A stretch of 64,000 nucleotides of DNA, from NCBI GenBank assembly GCA_965153355.1, contig OZ231126.1:31124001-31188000 (forward strand), read 5' to 3'. Origin of the DNA: Flaccisagitta enflata (lineage: Eukaryota). The stretch's first letter is position 1; every line of letters begins with the position of its first letter. The notes beneath the pieces are model-generated. The model was not told the DNA's origin, did not search any database, and saw only the letters and a program-made list of their open reading frames with translations. Position numbers and translations under genes: made by a program. Of the stretch, positions 48,682 to 62,741 are shown piece after piece.

Positions 48682-51600
48682 TTACAGATAAGTATCAAAG
48701 ACATCGGCTCCTTCATTTGTAAAAGACACCCCATTTTCATTCTTGTTGTTATTGTCGAGCGTATTCTGATTTACATCCTCGTCTATGAAAGAGATTTTGT
48801 TGTTGATGTTGTTGCTCTCTTTTTTGGCGGCAATAGCATATTTGCCCTGACGGTTTTCCTGAGAGTCAAAGGGAGAAGAGAAGATCTACTAATTTGCAAC
48901 ATCGATTTTTTAGAATCTGCATCCTACCATTCAACTTATTTATTACATAAATCGGCTTAGCTTCACTAGAGCACATCCTATTCCTAAATCGGAAAAAATC
49001 ATTCTCTGATGTAAAACTGGATTTGGACAGCGTAGAAATGACTGAAAAATCATTATTGAGGTATGAATTGTGTTCCCCATGATCAGGCTTGTTTTGACAG
49101 CAGATGCCTTAATGTGAAGTGCATGTGACTGATGCGAGCACTAGCCATTACTGGTCCAGTATACAAACCTTTTTTGCGGGACCCCAGTCAGGTTTCGGCT
49201 CTGATAGTTGATCCACTTCCTGACGCAATTGCAGACACAGAGGAGATCCTTTCAACAAACAAACGACCACTCCAACCACGATTGCCAAAATGGGAGTGGC
49301 CTGAATTAAATAGGGATAAAAACAAACAAATGAGCAAATAGGAAAGGTATGAATGGATATGGGGTAACAACAAACAGATGTGCAATCCAACTTAGTTACT
49401 CAATATTAATTTACATTGGAATTACAACAAACTAGTATAGAGTTCTTACTACGCACTCCGATAATGATCGCCAGCGTCGAAGTGGCATAAACTACGATTG
49501 AAAAAAAGTACACAGAAGTACAATGTCTAGATTACAGATTTACTATTAAAAGGGTCTTGTAGCATAGGGGAAGCCCCGTCCCCGACTGAACAATACTGCT
49601 TGATCACACTGACTAAGCCTGTACATTTAAGCAGTCAATAACGTCTACCTTGATCAACAATGACTACTCCTACATACTACTTCATCCTGAATAAAGTTCA
49701 TGTGCATGAATTGATTTAAAAACCTGTATCAGCCAGCCAAGATCTTTGTAGTTATCTGGATACAAGTAACCATTGAAGTCAATTGGTTTCGAGTCAATAA
49801 TGGAGAAAATGATGATGGCGATGATGACCGCTCCAGACAGAAAACGCCAGCAAATTTGAAAGTAAATGTTTGGTCTGAAAAATAGAATCCAAAAGTCTGA
49901 CATTTATGAAATTGAGCCATGCTCCAAAGTACTTTGTAGATGCGTCCGTCAGGAACGCATCTCTATAAGAGGGTCTGTCCGTCGGTCGGTCCGTCCGTCC
50001 GTCCGTCCGTCCGTCGGTCCGTCACGCCTGTGCAAAAAACGCATCTCTTGGCTGTTTTTGGCCACGGCGAGATCCTACACTGAAACAAATGATCAACCAA
50101 CATGTTTTGAGTCTTTTCATCCGTCAGTTCGTCCATCTGTCTCTCCATACATATATCACATGATCTATACACGCTGAGACACAGCCCGGACGCATCGTTG
50201 CCCGGTCGGGCTTGTTTAAAAGTTAAATGACAGTATGAGATTAAGAGGCGAGTGAGTTGGGTATAAAACAGTGAAGAGTGCAAAAACCACAACGAAACAT
50301 TACACACAAATCAATATACTTATACACGCAAAAACGTTTGCACACCTGCACGTATGCACGCACGCATGCACAGTAAAACAAGTGACGCGGGGTAACAATA
50401 TCGTTGCGGACGCGTGGGCAGGGGCGGCTAACCCCAATCCACACCCAACGCCTCACCCAAACCCCTTTCCAACACAGACACATACCATCTTAGAAAAAAA
50501 AATCTTCCGGCATGTTTATATGTATATCTCTGGTTAGAATCAACAAATCATAAAAAAATTGGTGAGATAAATAAAGCCCTTCAAATTTGCAAGAGATTTA
50601 CGCAAACTGCATCCCTTTTGCTCTATGCAATTAAAAGTTATTTAACTTTGATTGAAATACTTCAATTTCGCTTCTGCCATTTCTATACGAAATTTAAATG
50701 AGATCTTTTCACTGTTTTTTAAATTCCTTCTAAACGCATTAAGCTAGACAGATGCGGTTTGCGTGAACAGCTTGCAAATTCGAAGGGCTTCATTTCTGTC
50801 ACCGATTTTTCTATAATTTGATAAGCTTTTTGGTAGCTATGAGTGTAAATGTAGCGGGAGAGGAGATCAAAAAAAGATATGAAAAAGATCTGAAGACCTA
50901 TCACTCCAGTATACAATGAGAGACTCTACAAATTGTTTCCCCAACAAATGGTGGCCCTGATTCAGCCAAAAAGAGCTCACACTAATTATCCATGGACTTG
51001 TAACTGCTTTATATCTATTTTGATAACATTAAACACATTTTTATTACAGGGCGGAAGATTTTTTTTTCTAAGATAGTACTCAAAAAGGTTCTAAAACGCT
51101 CGTTTTTCCTTTTTTCGACTTGTGCTCACGGACGGATGGACGGACGGACGGACGGACGGACAGAGAGACAGACGGACAGACGGCCGGCCGGATGGACGCA
51201 CGGACGGGTGGACGAACAGACGGACGGATGGATGGACGGAAAGATGGACGGACAGATGGATGGATGGACGAACGGATGGACAAATCCGTATCCGCAACTG
51301 AAAAAACTAGTTGCACGATGATAATACTAACCTTTTCCCAAGCATCAGATGAACGTCGTCGGCAAATTGTTGATATCCATAAACATAATTGAGGACAATC
51401 AACTCCAAAATGGCGATGATTAAAAGAGGATAGTTGGACACAGAAACATCAACCAGATTCAATAAATACATTCCTCCTCTCGTCACCTTAAAATGAATGA
51501 TCGTTACTTCAGATGTATGCCAGTTTTCATGGCAAAAAAAAATTGTTTACTCGGAAATGACGAATTTCAATTGTGGACTGCAATCGCAAATGTGCAGACA

Positions 51601-53615
51601 AGATTTCTTTGAATAAGAGTGTTTATTGAGACAATCATCACACCTGGTAATCTGTAAAAGAAAAATGTGAGATTAATACCCCAGAAATACTCGAGCATAC
51701 CCGAGCATAACCAAGAAATACCCTGGCAATACCCGAGCACAGCACTGTAGATTATAAAGTAGCGGGTAGCGCCGCTACTCGGCAAGAAAAAGGGCGTGTC
51801 GGCAGCTATCTAACTGCTCCTGCCCAAATGATCAAGTGACCTCAAATATGGCCCCTGTCCACCCTGTGCGACTGGGGTATCCGGCCTTGTTTCTCTCAAA
51901 GCGCCATAATGTGGTCTGCAATACCAGTGGCAATAAGCTCGGCAGTTAGATATGATATGAATGCGTCGTTTTACACCTGACAAATCAAGCAATAAAATAT
52001 AGGTTTTTTTCTTGGTGTTTTGTTTTTTTCTTGGTGTATTTTAGTAAGTTAGGGAAGTATGACTTGTCCGCAGATTTCAGGGGAAAATTTTGTTACTAAG
52101 CAGGAAAGAATAATCTATACATCTGCCCTAGCAATATCCGAGCAATACCCAAGCAACACCTGAGTAATACCCGAGCATACCCAAGCATACCCAAGCAATA
52201 CCAAGGCAATACCAAAGTAATACTCAGGAATACCCAAGCAATACCTTAGCAATACCTGAGCAATACCTGAGCAATACCCAAGCAATACCTGAGCAATACC
52301 CAAGCAATACCCAAGCAATACCCGAGCATACTCGAGTATACCCCGGGTTTTAATCTCACCTCAGATTACGTGGTGCATCATGCCGATTGTCAATTAAAAG
52401 AAAGACAATTTCGTTTTCCTACCATTGGAATGCCAAGTAGAAAGCAGATAAGGCAAAGGATACTTCTTGAGGCCACATTTCTCCAAGGGGACGACCGAAG
52501 TCGGGGAAACTCATCGAGCAAAGAACTGAATCAGGAAATGAATCCCAAGATGTTCAAACAATGTTTGTAAACCTTAAGAAATTGATCTCCAAGATAAAGT
52601 GGTGAAAATACCTCTCAATTGGGTGGACAACTCAGATTAACTCTACGAGTCTGTGAAAAAATCATTGCAGTTAGATAAAAAAAAATTAAATAAGGAGTGC
52701 TTCCTGTATCACTAAATATTATTGCCAAATTAATATTGATGATTTGTCAGTCTTCTTCGACTTTTTGATATATTCCAGAGAAACAGGGTTTTCATTTTCT
52801 TATTCGAAAGTTGCGTGTCTCTCAAGAAAGCATGTCAGTGAGCATAGCTGCTCATCTCTGAGGGTGTCTTTAAGTATTCTAGCTCACTTAACTCATTTAG
52901 CTGTTTTTTTTTCCTCTGATTTTTAATGGGATGAATAAAAAAAAATGTTTTGATATATGCATGCAAACTCAAGATGTCAGTGAGCATAGCTGGTTGTCTG
53001 GTTGAGTGATTTTGAGCATTTTAGCTCATCTACCTCATTTGGCTCAGTCCTATTTTTCTCTGATTTTCAGTGCAATCAATTTATAAAATTGCTCTTGATT
53101 TGATTTGCAGTGACTAAAAACAAGCTCGGTGAAAAGTGACCAATGGTTACGACTTTTTTCCTCATGGCGACAGTCCATTACTGGTAGTATTAGTAGGACT
53201 ATTTGAAAGCCATAAGAATCACTGGCTATGAGAGATGTTTGTTTGACAGCAAAACTAAAATCAGGAAAAGATTTTTTGGAAAGTTACAGGTAGTTGATAG
53301 CCCAGATTACAGACATGAAAATTCGCTTACCTAAGGACATTCTCCATCATGGAGAGCGTAGAACCCATTCCAAGAATAAACATCATGAAGAAGAACAAGA
53401 CTCCCCAAAAAGGGGCTGCAGGCAGAAGGGCCAAACCTTCTGGATAAACGACAAAAGCTAAACCTGGGCCTCCAGTAGCCACTTTATCAACCGTCAGACC
53501 CGATATATGAGCCATGTAACCTGAGTTTGGAAAAGAATGTGGATGATGACCGGGATGTTGTATGTTTCGTTTGACGGCCAAACATTTTCCCCTGGTTATC
53601 AATGAGGTGCAGGTC

Positions 53616-53664
<49 letters not shown>

Positions 53665-56600
53665 CTATGATGGCAAAGATAGCGAATCCTGCATAGACAG
53701 ATGTGAAGCAGTTGATGATCGCGACAATGACAGCATCTTTCAGACAATTATTGCGGAATTCATTGAAACTTGACATCGTGATTAACCCACCAGTGCAAAC
53801 GCCCAATGAATAAAAGATTTGCACGGCTGCATCTTTCCTGGGTGGATCGAAAATAAGTGAGGTCTAAAACTAAGAGATAACACATGCGTCTACATACGTC
53901 TTTCTTTCTGGCTGCAAAGGTTTTAACGTACTACATGTTTTATGAAATTAAGCGATCTGGTCATGAAAGCCCACAATTGACCAATTCCATTATCATGGTG
54001 AACGTTAGACAAAACATTTGATCAACATACCACACATCAGGATTAGCTAATTTGGAAAAATCGGGTTTGAGGTAGAAAGTGATTCCGTCAGCTGCTCCAG
54101 GAAGCAGAGCTCCATTGATGATGAGCACAGTCAACAAAATGTAAGGGAATATGGCAGTGACATACGACACCTTTCCTGCAAATGAAGAGGAATGTCATTG
54201 AAAAAACATGGAAATATGATGGTTAAATAGTAGGCTGTAGTTATAAGTTAAATTCTCCACTCACTGATCTCATTGGGGATTTTTATGACGGGTATGGGTC
54301 TTAGGAATGGAAGGAAATTCATTCAACATCAATATTGGAGGATCTAGTTGCGCGCGATTTGACCACAATATGCAAATGAGATTTCAATGATTTTTGACAA
54401 ATATCAGATTAACTGACTAGGGCAATTTCCCTATGATATGAAATAGATGGATAATGCTGAAGTAAAATGCGTAATACAAAATGTTTTGTCACTGTATCAT
54501 TCCTGCAGAGGTTAGACGAGGAGGAGGAGGAGAAGGAGGAGGAGGAGGAGGGAGAACCGGCAAATATGCGTTTTTATCAATTTTGGCCCGTTTCTCTCTT
54601 TTGATTGGACGAGCAAATGTGTTAACTATCTATCCTAGAGGTTAATGGAGATGTATGTTTTATGTTAAGATACTGCTGGGGTACACTAATTTAGTTTAAG
54701 AACCCCTGAGGGGCCCTTTTAGGGGCCAATTCAGGGAACCTAATGAACTGCAAATAGTAAGAAATCACCAAAATAACAAAAAAATGCCAAATTATCTTTT
54801 CAGATACTGTCATGTAGTAGAGGAGGACTATATGGGAATAAGAGTTAAGGCTTAGGACCCCTGATGGACCCTTCCAGATAGCTCAAATGACCCGAAATGA
54901 CCAAAAATGGCTCAAAACGGTGCAAAAATGGCGAAAATCTTATCATTTGCTATGACATTTTTCTCTAATGTCGATGGACTGGTTCATTACACCTGCATGC
55001 TGGATATGGAATCGTAATTTCATTCATTCGTTTGTTCATTCATTTAATCATTCACTTATTTATTCATTCGCAATCTATGAAATAATTGATATGATAACTG
55101 ATAAGCTGCTGCTGCTCACACTTAACAAGGTCAACAAACCAGTACTAATATTTACCTAAGAATATCTATCTTTGTATACCCTTTTTGGGCGGCGGCCCCA
55201 AAGGGCTGATGTTCTGTAGAACACAGGGGGAATTTCCAGACCTCTGTCCTTCCATCTGTCCCTTCATCCGTCCTTCCATCCGCCCTTCCATCCTTCCATC
55301 CATCCCCCCCTGTTGACCATCAAGGCCTCAAATTTGCCCTCCCAGACCCCATTTTAGCCCTCTAGCTATAAAGATGGTAAATGAGGAGGCAACTTGCTGT
55401 TAAACCGCCACTGAATTGATTATAAGAGGCTTTGTCCATCCAGATATTAATATTCTTCCAAGCTTCCGGGAAGCAAAAAATTTTTCTTGCAAGCTTCCGA
55501 CTTGCATAATGCAGTCTGAGATGGTAGAATTATAGCATAATCAAATAGATTTTTATTAAATCCATCTTAAAAATGGTAGATGATGGAAAAAACATCGAAT
55601 TTTGAGATTATCCAATCAAGTAATGATTTGTTTCATCCGTTTAAGTGCACTTATCAAACAAAACATCATTTTTTTCATTTTTTAAGTATTGCCATAGTGC
55701 TAAATCTTCCGACTCTGTCACCCTGTTTCCGAGAAGCGGCGCTTCCCGCTTCTCCACAATCTGTATGTCTGTGTCCATCCGTCTGTCAGACCATCCGTCC
55801 ATGTTGATTGAGTTGAAAAGTGCAAAAACACACATTCCTTATGCGTCAGTTGTGATTGTCTGTGTGTGGAGTGGGCGAGGGTTTGGATTAAAGTTACACG
55901 TCCCTGTCCAACCGTCCGCAACAATATTATGAGCCCGCGTCAGTTGTTTGTACAGTGCCAGTTTCAAGTCTGGGATTGAAAGTGGAGCAAAAAGCTAAAT
56001 TGATGATTTTACCATGAGTGAATAACTTAATTTATTATTCAATCGATGAAACAATCAACAAATTAATCAACATATGAATGAACAAAAGAATAAATGATAG
56101 GATGAATGAAAGAACTTACTATTCCATAAATATAGTGCAGGTGTGATAAACTCGACTTTGAAGCAAACGAAATAAAAACATGTCAAAACTTTGGTCATTT
56201 TGTCCTTTAAGCCCGCGGGAAGGGCTCATTGGGAATCATAAGCCTTCTCTTTTATTCCATATAGCTCTCCCGCCGTAGATGATAGTGTCTGTACAGTGTA
56301 CAGATAGATTGGCACTTCATTGTCACAAAAGCTGCTTCGTTTGACATTGTATCTGAGTGGCGGGAAGCAGGGGAGCAGCCTTGAAAAGGATGTAGTCCTG
56401 TAGAACACGTTGGGACTTTCATTCTTTCGTCCGTCCTGCCACCCATCCTTGATTTTAGGCCTTTGTTAGCGGACTTGAAATTTGAGAGGGATGATAAGAG
56501 GCCTTAGCAGGCTAATTAAAAGCCTGAGAGGGCTGATTTATGGCCTAATTTAAGTTCTGAATGGGCTCATTTGAGGCTTGAGGGCTGAATTGAAGCTCAA

Positions 56601-57658
56601 GAGCCCTGAGAGGCCTAAGAAGGCGAATTTGACGCCTGAGAGACCTGGTTTGATGCCTAAGAGGCATGATTTGAAGCACGACAGGCCTGTCTGAGGTCTG
56701 TGAGGCCTGATTTTAGCCCTCAAAGGCCTAATGAGGGGGGGAGGGGGCAATTAGATGAACAAATGGACGAACGGACAGACGCTTTAACAAGTCCCTGTGT
56801 TCAACAGGACTTCATTCCCTTTGAAGCCGCTGCCCAAAAAAACTACTGAAAATGCCAATATTTGGGTCATTTATGACTGTTTTGAGCCTCTTGGGAACCC
56901 TAGATAGGCTCCTTTGGGGGTCCCTAGCCTTAATTTTTGTACCCCACCACCAGATAGACCAGATAACATTATCTAACCATAAAAAACTACTGCTCCATTA
57001 ACCTCTCAGGAGAAACCACGACAAGAAGCTCATTAATCATCATTTTAGCTATTTTTGGGAATTATGAGGACCGCTAAAGGGACTCCTAGGGGCCACTATT
57101 TTCTATTTCTTAAAACTTCATATTCTTCTTCTAAATATTGATTAAACAAGACCGATTCCAAGGTTTTTTATCAATCCATTGATAAGAAATAAAAAGAACA
57201 AGGTGAGTCTTAAATCAAGCAGTTGTACACATTTTCGCGATTTTCGCACATCTTACCTCTTGCTTAAAACAAGTGGGCCCCCGGTAAAATAGATCAAAAT
57301 GAGTTTAAAAATTGTAACATCCATCTTCTAATACATCAACTTTGATGAACAGAATTGAAACCAAATTCTAATTCCTCCCTAGGCAATCAACCTTCTACCC
57401 TATATGTAAGGGCTAATTCAGGCCACAACAACAAAAGTTTAAAAATCCATGAATCTCATTTGCATATTGTGGTCAAATCGCGCGCAACTAGACCATGGAA
57501 TTATGTACTAAAACTGTCATGGATTACTTCCTAAAGGTCAAAACCGTAATAAAAATCCCCAATGATAGAGGTGGAAGCAGTTTTCATCATTTCACTACAG
57601 CCTATAATATAAATAGCTGAAATGGAACAAAAATATTACCTCTCTCTCTGTGTCCGTT

Positions 57659-57723
<65 letters not shown>

Positions 57724-58427
57724 GTGTTTCCACTCCTTTAATCAACGCCAAAGCCACCAGAATCCAGGATAGAAGCAGACAAAGGGACATTTGCCATTTT
57801 GCCGGTCCTAAACCTTCATCATGAACCCCTAAAGAGTCAATGAAATGCTTCAAATAATTTCAAATGTCGTTTTATTTTCATCACAAAGACCTTAATTCTC
57901 AGCAATTATGAAATAGTTCAGATGCCATTTTCCGGTCATCATCATGAACATCAGGAGACACAACCAAATGTTTCAGGTGTATTTAAATGTCATTTTTTGT
58001 TTTCATGACAGTAAACTGTTTGCATGATGAGATCTATTGCTCTTTCAATACCCCTGTGCTCCTGGAGTTCAATGCAATATGCAGTGAGTTTAGAGGTCAT
58101 TTAGTCAGGTTAAAAACCATCATCATAACCACCTCATAAGGCAATGATCGCTTCATGTCTACCAAATGATGATGCAGAGACCGAGAAATTAATGATCCAT
58201 GCAAAGAGAAAACAGTCTGTTCGTCCCTCTGTATTTCCCCTTTCCCTTCACTAATACTTTTTCTCACCAGCCGTGATATCCAACACGCGATCATAGAAGT
58301 AATGTTCACTCGCGGAGGCCACTGTAAAAGGCAGAGTCAAATTTGTCTCCCTGATGCCATTGAAGATGATTGGCAGTGAAGCTGTCGTTCCATTGGCTAA
58401 TGTAGTATTGTATGTCGATCGACTGAC
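48682..58427 (-). CDS. SLC6 sodium- and chloride-dependent transporter (amino-acid type), EL2 to C-terminus; 5' exons not found in window
   Basis: Phase-consistent exons 58427-58268, 57828-57721, 54175-54031, 53837-53665, 53520-53331, 52525-52423, 51486-51332, 49874-49724, 49300-49169, 48858-48682. Motifs [77 protein letters not shown]; ends DTYL*. Confidence 0.95.
52128..52345. repeat. 11-bp minisatellite (GCAATACCCAA-like)
   Basis: Many degenerate tandem units; related units at 51675-51740. Confidence 0.85.
54233..57602. mobile_element. 3.4-kb TIR-bounded element filling most of an SLC6 intron, with several nested short repeats
   Basis: TA-GGCTGTAGT ... ACTACAGCC-TA; subterminal CTAGTTGCGCGCGATTTGACCACAATATGCAAATGAGATT exactly inverted at ~57451-57491; no transposase ORF seen. 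Confidence 0.8.
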
Positions 58428-59102
58428 CTAGACCCAAAACGAGATGGAAACTGAATGAATGAATGAATGAATGAATGAATGAATGAATGAATGAATGAAT
58501 GAATGAATGAATGAATGAATGAATGAATAAAAGAATTAATGAATGACTAAATGAATGAATGAATGAATGAATGAATGAATGAATGAATGAATGAATGAAT
58601 GAATGAATGAATGAATGAATGAATGAATGAATGAATGAGTGAATAAATGAAACAAGGCAGGATAAACAGCCACGGTAGTATCATTTTCATTAACCTTATT
58701 TAATCAAGCGGCGCAATTCAAGGAATCAACGATAAGTTGACTAAGCAGCATTTACATTATTCATTTGTCCAGAGAGCCTTTTGTTTCCGTGACTTCTAAA
58801 TCGAATGTCGTAAATGAAAATTCTTTAGATAAAAAATTGAAATTTGACAAAGAGATGGAAACCGGTTTCACAACGTGAGGCGATCTCTTTGCCCCTTACT
58901 CTCATTTTCTCCTTTAGCATAAATCATTCTTTCTTCATTCTTCATTTTAATTATCGAAGGAGACCTAATAATCATCAGTAGTGATGGACACTGTGTCGTA
59001 GCGATGATAGAAATACTTTGAAAAGATAACCACCAATATAAGACTCGCTCTGCATTTTTCATGAAACTCTTATAACAGAACTGTTTTTATTCGTTGGGAA
59101 AA

Positions 59103-59253
59103 AACAAGGCCGGATACACGGCAATCCAGTCGCGGACGGTTGGGCAGGAGCATTAATGCGAAAAGCACTCGAAATTCAAAAAAGTTACGGGACCGACAGA
59201 CCGACCTACCGACCGACACGGCAAGGTGTAGAGTCGCGTGTCCGCGACTAAAA
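59103..59253 (+). mobile_element. HINE / DINE-1-like short element
   Basis: AACAAGGCCGGATACACGGC ... (GACC)n ... AGTCGCGTGTCCGCGACTAAAAA. Confidence 0.75.
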
Positions 59254-59291
59254 AGTGGAGTCGGAAACGGACAGTAATTACGGTAACAATC

Positions 59292-59841
<550 letters not shown>

Positions 59842-60388
59842 ATTGAATTTGAATTTGAATTTAATGGTCCATTAAAGTGATAGCACTTTCGTACAAAAAT
59901 CCACATTGTGATTAAGTACAAGGACATGATTTAGAATCACATTTTCACTCTACGGCTGCAATTTTACGTCTACAATATATCTTACGTATTATTACGTAAC
60001 AACTTTCAATAACTTTTTAACAATACAATAAAGAAATAAATAAGTAACAGCTGCCTACTCTTCTAATTTAGGTTTTGTCGCATCTGGTTCTTTCCATATC
60101 CCAAATCCCAGATTTTGAGAATGACTTGAGCTACTTCAAGAACTTTGTCTATGTCTACTGAGTAAATTTGTTCAAAATCAATTTTTCATCTACTTCATAC
60201 AGTTAATTTCTTTATACTTTACACAGTAGTTTATACGGTGGCTTTCATCATCTATCACAGAACACTCAGGGCAAATCTTATTCATTGCACATGAAAATCA
60301 CATTGCAACTCAACATCCCATAGCGACCCATAATTACTGCTCTTGTTATTACTACTGAACCATAGTTCATTATCTCTAAAGGTTTTCG

Positions 60389-60756
<368 letters not shown>

Positions 60757-61272
60757 CAATGAAGCTGATAAATGATTACGATTCATCTCCAAGTAGGTTG
60801 AAATCGGGCAAATCTGACAAATATTGTTTTCTTCACAGCCGTTATGAAAAGTTGAGAGAATAAACTGGAGGGACCAAGAACTTACAGGGTATCTAGATCA
60901 ATATAGCAATTAGTAAACCCTGATAGTTTGCAAACTTTTATGTGAGAGATTTTCACTGAATGCTGGTTACAACTGCTTTGCAAAACCTTGATATTCAGTT
61001 CTCAAATCTGAGGTTTCGCATGACAAAACTATCAATTGTCACTAACATTAATTGAAAATTTGAAAACTCTTGGTCTAGTACTTAGTGCGAGGTCCTAAGC
61101 TTTCCTTTTTTTTCCATTTCGATCTTAGTACCCTGTACTTTTTTTAAGGGCAAGTTTTCAAATGTGTGAATAAGATCGTGTATTTGCTTTTCTTGCGTTT
61201 ACAGGCTGTCCTGCATCACTGTCGTTTCAGTCGTTTGCTGGCCCTCGTACTCTCCTGTCGAGCGTCCACCTA

Positions 61273-62741
61273 ACCTTGGGGACATAAACAAGGCCGGATA
61301 CACGGCTACCGAAGTCGCGTGCGGGTGGGCAGGGGCCATATTTGAGGTCACCAGACCATTTGGGCAGGAGCAGTAAGGTCAAAGAAATAAAATCATAAAA
61401 AAAAGTAAAATGTGACCAACCGACCGACCAACCGACCGACCGACCGACCGACCAACGGACAAAGCGGGTTGTAGAGTCGCGTGCACGCGACTAAAAATGG
61501 CGGATTTTTAAAACCTTTCTTCTGAACCTCAACGTAAGAAAAATAGGTTAAAATTGGTGATACCTGTAGTAGGGTGGTCACGAAATAGGGTCAAATTTTA
61601 AAAAATGATATACTCTAGTTTTTTGCATAAATGTACCAAAAAAGAAGGTTTTCCCACAAGTAGAGGTCTGAATTTGAATATTAAACCATGGCGGCAAAAC
61701 TATAGGCTTCCTATGGCAATAAAAAAATCCCCATAGCAACCCTATAGTTTTGCCGACAAGGTTTCTTGTTTGATTTCACACCCCAGCTTGTGAGAAATCC
61801 TTCTTTTATTGGACATTTGTGCAAAGGGCTCAAGTATATCAATATATGAAATTTGACCCAATTTGGGACCACCCTAAGCTGTAGAGCTCTTCGAAAGATC
61901 TTTCATTTGAGTTGTCTTGAAATTATAGCTTAAGTGGTTTGGAAGCTACAGTGATTTGAATAAGACTACCCATTTTCTGGTCTGCCCGTATCTCAATGGA
62001 GAGGAGTTGGAAAAAAATTTAAAGTCATAATAAAGATAGAAGACTTAATCCGATTGCCACAAAATTTTAGGTGGTAATTAGGTTGTATGTCATCTCATAT
62101 CAGTTAATTTTTTGTGTTAATCGGATGATTTTTACAATGGTTTTCATACTTTTTTATTCCAGATCTTAGAAAAACAGACCAAAATTGACATCCTTTGCTT
62201 CAGTTGCGTATACTTCTCTACTGTCTTAACAAAACATTTTCTTTGATGATCCAGCCTTCCCAGAGCCTAAAAACCATCATGAATTTGATGTGATTTTTAT
62301 CAAATTTTCATAGTCAAAATGATTTAAGAAGAAACAGGTTGTTATCTCATTACCTCAGGTTTTCTTAAAAATTCCCAAATCTTTCTAATGATAAAAAGGC
62401 CAGAAAAAATTGTCCGATTTGGATAACTTTTTAGGAGCTGTTAGATGAAGGTATGTATTGCTTTCAGTTCAAATTTCATCTTAATCAAAGAAGTTTTACT
62501 ATGGTTTTTGGATATTCTTTTTTGAGCAATCATTCTTCACATGAGGTCAGAGCAGAAAAGGGGAAGTCTCATTTATATAGCTCTAACTTCTAAACGGTTT
62601 ATGCCAGAGTTTCCAGACACAACTCAAATGAAAGATCTTTCAAAGAGCTTTCTAAACATCACCAATTTTAATTAGTTTTTCTCAATTTAAGGTGGATAGA
62701 ATTAGTTTTCAAAATTCCGCCATTTTTTATTTCCCCAAGGT
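61273..62741. mobile_element. TA-flanked foldback element containing two nested insertions (HINE 61287-61497; palindromic MITE 61571-61875)
   Basis: TA-ACCTTGGGG ... CCCCAAGGT-TA; the left arm matches the reverse complement of 62570-62741 once both inserts are removed; inner MITE has AGGGTGGTC...GGGTCAAATTT inverted ends. Confidence 0.8.
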
